Assembly (NCBI RefSeq): GCF_000270205.1
Contig: NC_015913.1
Span: forward strand, 600,001 to 632,000
Reading direction: 5' to 3'
Source: Candidatus Arthromitus sp. SFB-mouse-Japan
GTDB taxonomy: Bacteria > Bacillota > Clostridia > Clostridiales > Clostridiaceae
Length of the DNA: 32,000 bases
This document shows positions 6,054-15,113 of this stretch, piece after piece (position 1 is the first letter of the stretch; the number at the start of each line of letters is the position of its first letter). Below the pieces are notes generated by a model that ran no database searches, was not told the DNA's origin, and saw only the letters and a list, made by a program, of their open reading frames with translations. The position numbers and the translations under genes were made by a program.

Positions 6054-7338
6054 AATATTTTATACCGATTAATTTTATAAGATTTTTAAATTCAGATTCA
6101 CCAACCATTTTAGTTACAATACTCTCAACAGATTTTTTATCATCATTTGTAATTTTAAAATTTTCTTCGTATTCCTTTATCCAGAAATTAAGCCCTTCAT
6201 CATCAGGAGTTCTATTGTACATAACAGCGTATATTTTGGTTATTTTATCTATAGAATTTTGTGAAACCTGTAAGAATTCTTCAGTATTTAATAAATTTAA
6301 TATAAAATCTCTTGCACTTATATTAAAATTAGAAAGTTGAATAAACCAATACTTAAAACCACTTTTATCTAATTCAGTTCTATTTAATGCTGTAGAATAG
6401 GCATTTTCAATATATGATGCAAGTTTCTTTAAATCAATATTAACGATATTTGTTGAAAAATTATTAATTATAAAGTTGTGTAGTTTGTTATCTGTATCCT
6501 GAACGATTAATTTAACATTTTTATATTCTTCATTTTGCTTTAGATTGGTTAATATAAGCTCATTTGTTTCTTTATTTATAACAAAGCTTAAATTAGTATC
6601 AGATAGTTTGGCATCTTTTATTACTAAATCATTTGGCAAAAGAACTTTACCTTGTATGTTGTTGTTATTTTTGCTTAGCTTTATATCAATGTAACTAAAG
6701 TTTTTGTTTACAGTTGTGAATTCATTTAGATTAAACATATGTTGATTATTTTGATCATCTAAAATTGTTAATGTTAAATGTGAATATGTAGTTTCAGGTT
6801 TTAGTGCAAGTAATGTAATAATACCATCTGAAACATCAATTAATAAATTATTACTGGATATACTGGCAGATACTGGATATATGTATGTTGGAAGTACAAC
6901 TTCTCCGCTAAAATTATTTTTATATGAAGAAACTTTTACATCAAGAGATTTGGTAACTTGGCTAGGAGTTTTAAAATCGTTCAGTTTGAATGTATAAGTT
7001 TTATTAGATAAATCGGTTAATTTTATTGAAATATTTTCATATGTGGTTTCAGGTTTTAAGTTATATAATTTGACTTGATTATCAGCGATGTCAATGGATA
7101 GGGAAGTATCAGAAACTTCCGCAGAAGTGAAGTTATATTTATTAATTTCTGGAATTATCACTTTAGCCACTATCATATCGCCTTCATGTATAAAGAATCT
7201 AACATTTAATTTTTCTGATATGTTATATGTACTTTGATTTTCTATTGATAAAGTTTTAATGCCTGTATTAATTATGTTACTTAAAGGAAATAATGCAGTT
7301 GTTGATGCAATTAATAATTTTACAAATGATTTTTTCAT
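6052..7338 (-). CDS. Secreted or surface protein with three roughly 85-aa beta-rich repeats and C-terminal DUF4214-type repeats
   Basis: The signal peptide is MKKSFVKLLIASTTALFPLSNI. Three diverged repeats each end in a shared motif (L.NLKPETTYENISIKL..., LLALKPETTYSHLTLTIL..., LTNLKQNEEYKNVKLIV...F..N.F.T). The C-terminus has two DUF4214-like units (LNRTELDKSGFKYWFIQL....SARDFILNLLNTEEF and MYNRTPDDEGLNFWIKEY). The Shine-Dalgarno sequence GGGGGGA lies upstream on the minus strand. Confidence 0.8.
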   Translation of the reverse strand: MKKSFVKLLIASTTALFPLSNIINTGIKTLSIENQSTYNISEKLNVRFFIHEGDMIVAKVIIPEINKYNFTSAEVSDTSLSIDIADNQVKLYNLKPETTYENISIKLTDLSNKTYTFKLNDFKTPSQVTKSLDVKVSSYKNNFSGEVVLPTYIYPVSASISSNNLLIDVSDGIITLLALKPETTYSHLTLTILDDQNNQHMFNLNEFTTVNKNFSYIDIKLSKNNNNIQGKVLLPNDLVIKDAKLSDTNLSFVINKETNELILTNLKQNEEYKNVKLIVQDTDNKLHNFIINNFSTNIVNIDLKKLASYIENAYSTALNRTELDKSGFKYWFIQLSNFNISARDFILNLLNTEEFLQVSQNSIDKITKIYAVMYNRTPDDEGLNFWIKEYEENFKITNDDKKSVESIVTKMVGESEFKNLIKLIGIKY

Positions 7339-7683
7339 GAAAGAAAATATCCCCCCATTAAATTACAATTCTATAATGTAACTAAAACGAAATTAAATCT
7401 TAAAAAATATTACAATATGATTATATATTAATTAAAAATATATTGTCAATGTATAATTAAGTTTGTGTTTTACTGAAGTTTAGAGTGATATAATTTTCGA
7501 AAATAATGTAATAAAAAATTGAAATTATTTTATATGTGGTAAAATTTTTTATATATATTTTACAATCATTAACAATTTTTATTATTATAGTTATAATTTC
7601 TATTATTTTTAGAAATAATTTTAAAAATATGTTGTATTGGAGGTAATTTTATTTTTGCTAGAATTGTAGATACTGAAAAGCTT

Positions 7684-8751
7684 GTGAATATGGATAATGT
7701 TTGCATAATAGATGTTAGGTCTGAGAATGAATTTAAAAATGGAACGATAAGTGGTGCGATTAATATTCCTATATTGAACAATGGAGAGAGAGAAGAAGTA
7801 GGATTTGTTTATGTTAATAAGAGTGTTCGTGAAGCGAAAAGATTAGCTTTAAAATATGCAGGATATAAACTTGAAGAGATTTTTGATAAAGTTTCTAATC
7901 AGTTTGAAAAAAATAAAGATATAGTATTTTTCTGTGCACGTGGAGGAATGAGAAGTTTAACTATACATAATTTATTTAATTCTATTGGTATAAAAAATTT
8001 TAAGTTGGATATGGGATACAAAGGCTATAGAAAATTTTTGAGAGAGAATTTTGAAAATTATTTAAATAAGATAAGGTTTATTGTAATTCACGGAAAAACT
8101 GGAATTGGAAAAACAAAAATATTAAATGAGTTGAAGGCGCAAGGATATCCTGTTATTGATCTTGAATATGCGGCGAATCATCGTGCTTCATTTTTGGGTG
8201 GAGTTAATCTTGGAGAACAAAATTCCCAAAAAAATTTTGAATCAATAATTTTTCATAATATTTTAGAAATAATCAAGAGAAATAAGCACAATAATCAAGA
8301 GAAAATTAACGTTTTTATAGAGGGAGAAAGTAAGAGGATAGGTAAGATTATTATGCCTGAGTACTTTTTTAAATTTATGAATGAAGGTATTCATGTTTGT
8401 GTAGACTTGCCTGTTAAACTCAGAGTTGAAAATTTGATTGAGGATTATTTGAAAGTTTCACTAAGTGAATTGAATACAAGGAAAATAAATGTTGATAGAG
8501 AGATTTTGGAAGATTTTAGAAAAAATATGACTCTTTTAGATAAATACTCAAGTAAGAATGATATGAAAGAATACAATAATTTATTAGAAAATGGAGAGTA
8601 TGAGAGATTAGCAGAGACGTTGATTAAAAATTATTATGATCCTAAATATTTAAATTCGATGAGTAAGCATAATTTTGAGTTTAATTTCGAGTTAGATTCT
8701 TTGGAGAAATTTTTAAGAGAATTAAAAGATTTATATAAATCATTAGAATAA
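7684..8751 (+). CDS. selU: tRNA 2-selenouridine synthase (rhodanese + P-loop domains)
   Basis: The N-terminal rhodanese region reads IIDVRSENEFKNGTISGAINIPILNNGEREEVG, with the active-site Cys in FFCARGGMRS. A Walker A motif, HGKTGIGKT, follows, and the C-terminus has YYDPKY as in E. coli SelU/YbbB. The true start is probably upstream of the track's GTG (see finding on 7639-7692). Confidence 0.85.
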   Translation: MNMDNVCIIDVRSENEFKNGTISGAINIPILNNGEREEVGFVYVNKSVREAKRLALKYAGYKLEEIFDKVSNQFEKNKDIVFFCARGGMRSLTIHNLFNSIGIKNFKLDMGYKGYRKFLRENFENYLNKIRFIVIHGKTGIGKTKILNELKAQGYPVIDLEYAANHRASFLGGVNLGEQNSQKNFESIIFHNILEIIKRNKHNNQEKINVFIEGESKRIGKIIMPEYFFKFMNEGIHVCVDLPVKLRVENLIEDYLKVSLSELNTRKINVDREILEDFRKNMTLLDKYSSKNDMKEYNNLLENGEYERLAETLIKNYYDPKYLNSMSKHNFEFNFELDSLEKFLRELKDLYKSLE

Positions 8752-8839
8752 ATTAGATATGGATAAAATTAATTTATATGGGAATACTACTAATTAAATT
8801 ATGGGTAATTAATGCTTTAATTTTTTAAGAGGTAGTTTA

Positions 8840-9901
8840 ATGGGGAAAATAATTATTTTTATTATAGGATTATGTTTAATTTTTGGTGTGAACGTTAGTG
8901 CTAGGAGTTTTACTAAGGATGTTAATTTGATTGATATCATTGTATTTGAGAATTTTGAATATAAGGAATTAAAAGATGATTTTTTAAAGCAAGTTGGTAT
9001 TGATGTGAATTATATTACTATTTTTAATAATGCCAAGAAAGAAATTACTGAATCTAATTATAAAGAATTTTTAACTGATTTTCATAATGAATTAATATAC
9101 GATTACAAAGATGTGTTTGGTAAGAAGGTATCTAAAACTAGAAATGTGTATATTTTACCTGAGGATGAATTTAGAAATAGTGTATTTATAAATAGCAAAA
9201 TAAAGATAAAGAATGTATCGGTAGATACTGTTTATAATGATACATCTGCAAATAAAATATTGGTTGGTAAGATATATTCTTCACCTAAATTAGAGGATAA
9301 TAAGGATTGTTATATTATAAAGTTAGATAGAGATAACAATATTATTTGGGGGAAATTGTTTGAAGATTCTAGAATAAATAGATTTAATAAAGTTATAGGG
9401 ATTTTAGATGATGAATATTGCATAATAGGATCAGGATATAGAGAATCAGATTGGACTGATGGATTTATAGCAAGATTTGATGGACTTGGAAACTTGCTTT
9501 GGAGTGGATTCTATGGCTCATCTCATATAGATGATTTTAAGGATGTTGTATCTATAGGAGATGGGGAAGTTATTGTATTAGCTGAAGTTAGCAATCAAGA
9601 CGGAGATGTTAAGACAACAATAAGTATAAATAATCCTTTAAATAAAGATTTGGTATTATTAAAATATAATAATGATGGAGAAATAATTTGGCAAAATAGT
9701 ATAATGAATGAGAATGATTTGTCTGGATTAAAAATTATAAACAACTTTGGTAATATTATGGTAGTTGGTGAAGTTTTAAATTATAAGAACTTAGATAAGA
9801 GAAGAGATATAATTTTATCTACATTTGATTTGGATGGTAAGATGAAATTATGTACAATAATAAATGATTGTGATGAAAATATGTTAAATAAATTATACTA
9901 A
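8840..9901 (+). CDS. Secreted protein with a beta-propeller-like repeat region (SBBP/PQQ-like blades); function unknown
   Basis: The signal peptide is MGKIIIFIIGLCLIFGVNVSARS. The C-terminal half carries a motif recurring every 50-60 aa (DNNIIWGKLF, LGNLLWSGFYG, DGEIIWQNSI, then DLDGKM), each followed by a short strand plus Gly, as in propeller blades. Confidence 0.6.
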   Translation: MGKIIIFIIGLCLIFGVNVSARSFTKDVNLIDIIVFENFEYKELKDDFLKQVGIDVNYITIFNNAKKEITESNYKEFLTDFHNELIYDYKDVFGKKVSKTRNVYILPEDEFRNSVFINSKIKIKNVSVDTVYNDTSANKILVGKIYSSPKLEDNKDCYIIKLDRDNNIIWGKLFEDSRINRFNKVIGILDDEYCIIGSGYRESDWTDGFIARFDGLGNLLWSGFYGSSHIDDFKDVVSIGDGEVIVLAEVSNQDGDVKTTISINNPLNKDLVLLKYNNDGEIIWQNSIMNENDLSGLKIINNFGNIMVVGEVLNYKNLDKRRDIILSTFDLDGKMKLCTIINDCDENMLNKLY

Positions 9902-9917
9902 AGATGTACATAATAAG

Positions 9918-9950
9918 TAGGTATCAGATTTTTCTGGTACCTATTTTTTA
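9918..9950 (+). terminator. Rho-independent terminator
   Basis: taggtatcaga (9918-9928) pairs with tctggtaccta (9933-9943) over 11 bp with one G-U pair. The loop is tttt and tttttta follows. Confidence 0.6.
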
Positions 9951-9964
9951 TTTAGGAGCGTGTA

Positions 9965-11296
9965 ATGATTAATTATGTAAATTATGGAGGAGCTGATGGA
10001 ATAACAGGAGCATGTCATATGATTTGTACAGATTATGGAAATATATTATTGGATTGTGGGATATTTCAAGGTAAAGATATAAAGAAATATTCTAATGTGG
10101 ATTTTTACTTTGATCCATCGAAAGTTGATGCTATTGTTTTAAGTCATGCTCATATTGATCATTGTGGACGGATTCCTATTTTATATAGCATGGGATACAA
10201 AGGAAAGGTTTATGGGACAAAAGCAACAAAGCTTCTTTCAAAAGTTTTGTTAGAAGAGAGCTTAAAAATATATAATTCTTCTGAAGATAGTGATAAATTA
10301 TTTGATGATAAAAGCCTTGATATGTTTATGGAAAATTATGTTGAAATAGGTTATAGAAATAATAGTAAAATTTTAGATAATGTATATGTTGAATTATTTG
10401 ATGCTGGTCATTTGCTAGGTTCTGCCTCTGTTGTATTGAAGATTAAGGATAAATCAATATTTTACAGTGGGGATATAGGTAAATTAAATACTCCTATACT
10501 ACGAGATCCAGAGCAAGTTACTGATGTTGATTATGCAATAATTGAAAGTACTTATGGAAGTTTAGAAGAGCACGAACCGAATGAGTTTTTTGATAAATTT
10601 AAAGAAATTATTATTAATACCTTAATGGAAGGTGGTAAATGTATAATACCAGCTGCTACAGTTGGTAAAATGCAAGAGATATTATATTTGTTGAATGATA
10701 TTTATGAGGAAAATAAATTTGAATATAAAGTTTATATAGATAGTCCTATGTCTGCTAAGATTATAGATATTTATGAAAAGTGTGAAGATATTTACGATGA
10801 AGAGGCTAAATGTAGATTGGACAATGGTGACAACCCTTTATATTTTGATTCACTTAGATATATAACAACTAAAGAGGAATCTATTGAGGTTCAAGAAAAT
10901 AATGAGCCTTATGTTGTTTTAGCCGCAGGGGGAATGTGTGAGGGTGGAAGAATAGTATATCATTTAAGAAAGCAAATTGAGAATTCCATTAATTCTGTTA
11001 TATTGATAGGAAATCAAGCTCAGGGGACATTAGGGTGGAAGCTTAGTAATGGAGTTAAAGATATAAAAATATTTAAAGATAAGCTTAAAGTTAATGCTAA
11101 GATCTTTAATTTTCCAAGTTTATCTGGGCATGGAGATTGTAATAGTTTGGTTAAATATATATCATTTATGGAAGGGAAGCTTACAAAATTATTTTTAGTT
11201 CACGGTGACAGAAAAAGTCAAATAGATTTAAAAAATAAATTGGGTATTTACAATATTGAATACACAAAATTTTTAGAGAAATATACTTTAAAATAG
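9965..11296 (+). CDS. MBL-fold metallo-hydrolase of the beta-CASP (RNA-metabolising) type
   Basis: The HxHxDH motif is present (SHAHIDHCGRIP). The beta-CASP motifs are also present (IIESTYG, LSGHGD, LVHGD), and the 443-aa length fits. Confidence 0.85.
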   Translation: MINYVNYGGADGITGACHMICTDYGNILLDCGIFQGKDIKKYSNVDFYFDPSKVDAIVLSHAHIDHCGRIPILYSMGYKGKVYGTKATKLLSKVLLEESLKIYNSSEDSDKLFDDKSLDMFMENYVEIGYRNNSKILDNVYVELFDAGHLLGSASVVLKIKDKSIFYSGDIGKLNTPILRDPEQVTDVDYAIIESTYGSLEEHEPNEFFDKFKEIIINTLMEGGKCIIPAATVGKMQEILYLLNDIYEENKFEYKVYIDSPMSAKIIDIYEKCEDIYDEEAKCRLDNGDNPLYFDSLRYITTKEESIEVQENNEPYVVLAAGGMCEGGRIVYHLRKQIENSINSVILIGNQAQGTLGWKLSNGVKDIKIFKDKLKVNAKIFNFPSLSGHGDCNSLVKYISFMEGKLTKLFLVHGDRKSQIDLKNKLGIYNIEYTKFLEKYTLK

Positions 11297-11359
11297 AATC
11301 AAAAAATAACATACTTAACAAAAAATACACAAATTATTTAAAAATTATCAATAAAAATT

Positions 11360-11368
11360 TGTTATAAT
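11360..11368 (+). promoter_or_regulatory. Candidate extended -10 (TGtTATAAT) upstream of the PFOR gene
   Basis: TGtTATAAT lies at 11360-11368, about 77 nt upstream of the preferred GTG start. No good -35 hexamer is present. Confidence 0.35.
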
Positions 11369-11444
11369 TTATTAGCGATAAGTTATAAATTCTTCAAAAA
11401 AATGTTCTTAAGTGTTAGGATTAGTATGGAAAGAAGGAATTAAA

Positions 11445-14400
11445 GTGATTAAAAGAAAGACAATGACTGTTGATGGTAATGGTGCTGCAGCATATGTCGC
11501 ATATGCATTTACAGAAATAGCAGCTATTTATCCTATATCACCTTCAAGTGGTGTTGGAGAAAATATAGATGAAATGGCATCACAAGGCAAAAAAAATATA
11601 TTTGGGAGAGTTGTTGACATTGTAGAAATGCAATCAGAGGCAGGGGCAGCAGGTACGGTTCATGGCTTACTACAAGGCGGAACTCTTACAACTACTTATA
11701 CAGCGTCTCAAGGATTATTATTAATGATACCTAATATGTATAAGATTGCTGGAGAGTTGCTTCCAGGAGTGTTTTATGTAACAGCAAGAGCTGTAGCAGC
11801 ACAAGCACTATCTATATTTGGTGATCATCAAGACGTTATGGCAACTAAACAAACAGGATTTTCTTTGTTAGCAGTTAGTGGAGTTCAAGAAATTATGGAT
11901 TTAGCTCCTATTGCTCATTTATCTGCAATTAAAGGGAAAGTTCCATTTCTTGTATTTTATGACGGATATAGAACATCACATGAAGTTCAAAAGGTAGAAG
12001 CATTTGAATACGAAGAATTAAAGAAATTAGTTGATTTTGATGCTTTGAATGAGTTTAAGAGCAGAGCATTAAATCCTGGAAATCCTGTAAGTAGAGGTAC
12101 TGCACAAAACCCTGATATATATTTTCAGGCTAGAGAGGCTGCAAATACTTATTATGAGGAATTACCAAAAATAGTTGAGCAGTATATGGGCAAAATAAAT
12201 GAGCTTACTGGTAAGAATTATAAATTGTTTAATTATTATGGGGCACAGGATGCTGAAAGAATAATAATTTGTATGGGATCTTCTGCAGAGACTGTAGAAG
12301 AAACTGTTGATTATTTGATGTCAAAAGGTGAAAAAGTTGGTGTTCTCATAGTTCATTTATATAGACCGTTTAGTGTTAAGCATTTGTTAAATGAGATTCC
12401 TATGAGTGTCGAGAAAATAGCTGTTTTGGATAGAACCAAAGAGCCAGGATCTCAGGGTGAACCATTATACAAAGATGTTATATCAGCTTTTTATGGAACG
12501 GATAGAAATCCAACAATAGTTGGTGGACGTTATGGATTAGCTTCTAAAGAGATTAATCCTACTCATGTGGTTTCTGTATTTGAATTATTAAAATCTAATA
12601 GTGTAGTTAATGGATTTACTGTTGGTATAGTAGACGATGTTACAAATACTAGTATAGATTTAGTAGATGATGTATTAATAGAGGATTCGGCAATGATTAG
12701 CTGTAAGTTCTGGGGATTGGGATCTGATGGAACTGTTGGAGCTAATAAAATGGCTATTAAAATAATTGGAGATAATACTGATAAACATGTTCAAGCTTAT
12801 TTTGAATATGATTCTAAAAAATCTGGTGGGATAACAATTTCTCATTTAAGATTTGGAGATAGCAGGATTAGATCTACTTATGGAATAGTTAAGGCTGATT
12901 TTGTAGCTTGTCATAATCAGGCGTATATGAGTAAATATGAAACAATTGTTACCGGTGTAAAAAATAATGGTGCATTTTTGTTGAATACATTGTGGACTCC
13001 TGAAGAATTAGAGGAAAAATTGCCTGCACACGTTAAGAGAACGATTGCAAATAATAATATACATTTTTATACAATAAATGCTGTTAAGATTGCTAGAGAG
13101 TTAGGTCTTGGTGGAAGAATTAATATGATAATGCAATCAGCGTTCTTTAAACTAGCGAAAATAATACCTATAGAGGATGCTGTTAAATATTTAAAGGCAT
13201 CTGCAGAAAAAGCATATGGTAAAAAAGGTGAAAAAATTGTAAAAATGAACTTTGATGCTATAGATGCAGGTGTTTCTGCTATAGTTAAAATTGATGTTCC
13301 AGAAAGCTGGAAGAATGCACAGGATATTGATAAAAAAGATGTTTACACTTGTAATTTAGGTAAAACTGATTACGTGAAGAGTATTCTTGAACCAGTAAAT
13401 AAACTTCAAGGAAATACTTTACCTGTAAGTGTATTTAAAGGTAGAGAAGATGGTACATTTGAGCATGGAACTTCTAAGTTTGAGAAGAGAGGTATTGCGG
13501 TTACCGTACCTAAGTGGAATCCTGAGACATGTATCCAATGTAATATGTGTGCGTTTGTTTGTCCACATGCCGTTATTAGACCGTTCCTGTTAACAGATGA
13601 TGAGATGAAAAATGCTCCAGAAGGATATTTATCTGCTGAGGCAAAAGGTATTAAGACAGAAAATAAATTACAATTTTCTATGCAAGTTTCTATAGAAGAT
13701 TGTACAGGATGCGGTAACTGTGTAGATGTATGTCCATCTAAACCAAAATCATTGGAAATGGTTTCTACTGATGGTGAACGTGATAAGCATAAGCAAGAGC
13801 ATTATGATTATTCATTTGATCCAGAAAAAGTTTCTCCTAAAAAGAATCCACTCCCACTTACAACAGTTAAAGCGAGTCAATTCCAAGAACCATTGATGGA
13901 ATTTAGTGGGGCTTGTGCTGGATGTGGCGAGACTCCTTATTCTAAACTTGTAACTCAATTGTTTGGACCAAGAATGGTAGTTGCCAACGCAACTGGATGT
14001 TCTTCTATTTGGGGTGGATCTGTACCAGCTATGCCTTATACTAAAAATAGTGAGGGAAGAGGACCAGCTTGGGCTAACTCCTTATTTGAAGATGCTGCCG
14101 AGTTTGGTTATGGGTTATATTTAGCTTCAAAAAATAGAAGAAACGATAATCTTTCTTTGGCTAATGAATTGATTGAAAAAGGAAATATTTCTTCAGAACT
14201 AAGTGCGTTATTAAAAGAGTGGTGTGAGAATTTTAATAATGGTGATATGACTTTGGAATTGCAAAAGAAAATAGTTCCATTATTAGAGAAAGAATCAGAC
14301 GCTATAGCTAAGAAATTGTTAAATAATAAAGAGTTTTTTGTTAAAACTTCTAATTGGATATTTGGAGGAGATGGATGGGCTTATGATATTGGATTTGGTG

Positions 14401-14996
14401 GTCTAGATCATGTTATTGCACAGAATCAAGATATCAACATTCTAATATTTGATACCGAAATATATTCAAATACTGGAGGTCAATCTTCTAAGTCAACTCC
14501 ATTTGGTGCTATAGCTAAGTTTGCTGCACAAGGTAAGAGAGTCAAGAAGAAAAATTTAGCTGCAATGGCTATGAGTTATGGATATGTTTATGTTGCTCAA
14601 GTATCTTTAAGTGCTGACTTTAATCAAGCATTGAAGGCTATAAAAGAAGCTGAGGCTTATCCAGGACCATCAATAGTAATTGCATATAGTCAGTGTATAA
14701 GTCACGGAATATTGACTGGAATGGGTACAGCTCAAAAGCAAGCTAAGAGAGCTATAGAGGCTGGATATTGGAGTTTATTTAGATATAATCCGGCATTGAA
14801 AGATGAAGGAAAGAATCCATTTATATTAGACTCTAAAGAGCCAACTCAAGACTTTAAAGAGTATATTAAGAGTGAGATAAGATTTAATTCTTTATCTAAG
14901 ATTGTTCCAGAAGAGATGGAAAAAATATTTGATCAAGCAGCTAGAGATGCTGAAGAGAAAAATAAACAATATAGAGATCTTGCTGGTTTAGAATAA
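11445..14996 (+). CDS. nifJ: Pyruvate:ferredoxin (flavodoxin) oxidoreductase, single-polypeptide type
   Basis: The N-terminus MIKRKTMTVDGNGAAAYVAYAFTEIAAIYPISPSS is typical. There are two 4Fe-4S motifs (CIQCNMCAFVCP and CTGCGNCVDVCP) and a TPP-binding region (GGDGWAYDIGFGGLDHV). The ORF track starts at GTG 11412, but the GTG at 11445 sits 6 nt after GAAGGA (11433-11438) and gives the usual N-terminus. ATG 11463 is an alternative start. Confidence 0.95.
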   Translation: MIKRKTMTVDGNGAAAYVAYAFTEIAAIYPISPSSGVGENIDEMASQGKKNIFGRVVDIVEMQSEAGAAGTVHGLLQGGTLTTTYTASQGLLLMIPNMYKIAGELLPGVFYVTARAVAAQALSIFGDHQDVMATKQTGFSLLAVSGVQEIMDLAPIAHLSAIKGKVPFLVFYDGYRTSHEVQKVEAFEYEELKKLVDFDALNEFKSRALNPGNPVSRGTAQNPDIYFQAREAANTYYEELPKIVEQYMGKINELTGKNYKLFNYYGAQDAERIIICMGSSAETVEETVDYLMSKGEKVGVLIVHLYRPFSVKHLLNEIPMSVEKIAVLDRTKEPGSQGEPLYKDVISAFYGTDRNPTIVGGRYGLASKEINPTHVVSVFELLKSNSVVNGFTVGIVDDVTNTSIDLVDDVLIEDSAMISCKFWGLGSDGTVGANKMAIKIIGDNTDKHVQAYFEYDSKKSGGITISHLRFGDSRIRSTYGIVKADFVACHNQAYMSKYETIVTGVKNNGAFLLNTLWTPEELEEKLPAHVKRTIANNNIHFYTINAVKIARELGLGGRINMIMQSAFFKLAKIIPIEDAVKYLKASAEKAYGKKGEKIVKMNFDAIDAGVSAIVKIDVPESWKNAQDIDKKDVYTCNLGKTDYVKSILEPVNKLQGNTLPVSVFKGREDGTFEHGTSKFEKRGIAVTVPKWNPETCIQCNMCAFVCPHAVIRPFLLTDDEMKNAPEGYLSAEAKGIKTENKLQFSMQVSIEDCTGCGNCVDVCPSKPKSLEMVSTDGERDKHKQEHYDYSFDPEKVSPKKNPLPLTTVKASQFQEPLMEFSGACAGCGETPYSKLVTQLFGPRMVVANATGCSSIWGGSVPAMPYTKNSEGRGPAWANSLFEDAAEFGYGLYLASKNRRNDNLSLANELIEKGNISSELSALLKEWCENFNNGDMTLELQKKIVPLLEKESDAIAKKLLNNKEFFVKTSNWIFGGDGWAYDIGFGGLDHVIAQNQDINILIFDTEIYSNTGGQSSKSTPFGAIAKFAAQGKRVKKKNLAAMAMSYGYVYVAQVSLSADFNQALKAIKEAEAYPGPSIVIAYSQCISHGILTGMGTAQKQAKRAIEAGYWSLFRYNPALKDEGKNPFILDSKEPTQDFKEYIKSEIRFNSLSKIVPEEMEKIFDQAARDAEEKNKQYRDLAGLE

Positions 14997-15006
14997 ATTT
15001 AATATT

Positions 15007-15041
15007 AAATGTGAGTTATTTATTAACTCACATTTGTTTTT
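15007..15041 (+). terminator. Rho-independent terminator of the PFOR gene
   Basis: A perfect 12-bp stem joins aaatgtgagtta (15007-15018) and taactcacattt (15024-15035). The loop is tttat and gttttt follows. Confidence 0.8.
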
Positions 15042-15074
15042 GATAGAATAGTTTTTATCATAAAAAATTTTTGT

Positions 15075-15107
15075 AATGTGGGTTTATTTTAACTCACATT
15101 TATTTTT
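15075..15107 (+). terminator. Second, sequence-related terminator-like hairpin directly abutting the nagZ-like ribosome-binding site
   Basis: aatgtgggtt (15075-15084) pairs with aactcacatt (15091-15100) over 10 bp with one G-U pair, and tattttt follows. The arms are near-copies of the 15007-15035 hairpin. Confidence 0.45.
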
Positions 15108-15113
15108 AGGGAG

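Noticed and set aside
7569-7781. 70-aa minus-strand ORF overlapping the selU start region
   Set aside because: It overlaps the selU 5' end and its Shine-Dalgarno region, has no ribosome-binding site of its own and is low in complexity.
11412-11444. N-terminal extension of PFOR (MLGLVWKEGIK) from the track's GTG start
   Set aside because: The extension covers the gene's own Shine-Dalgarno sequence (GAAGGA, 11433-11438). PFOR proteins normally begin a few residues before the (M/T)xDGN motif, as the GTG at 11445 provides.
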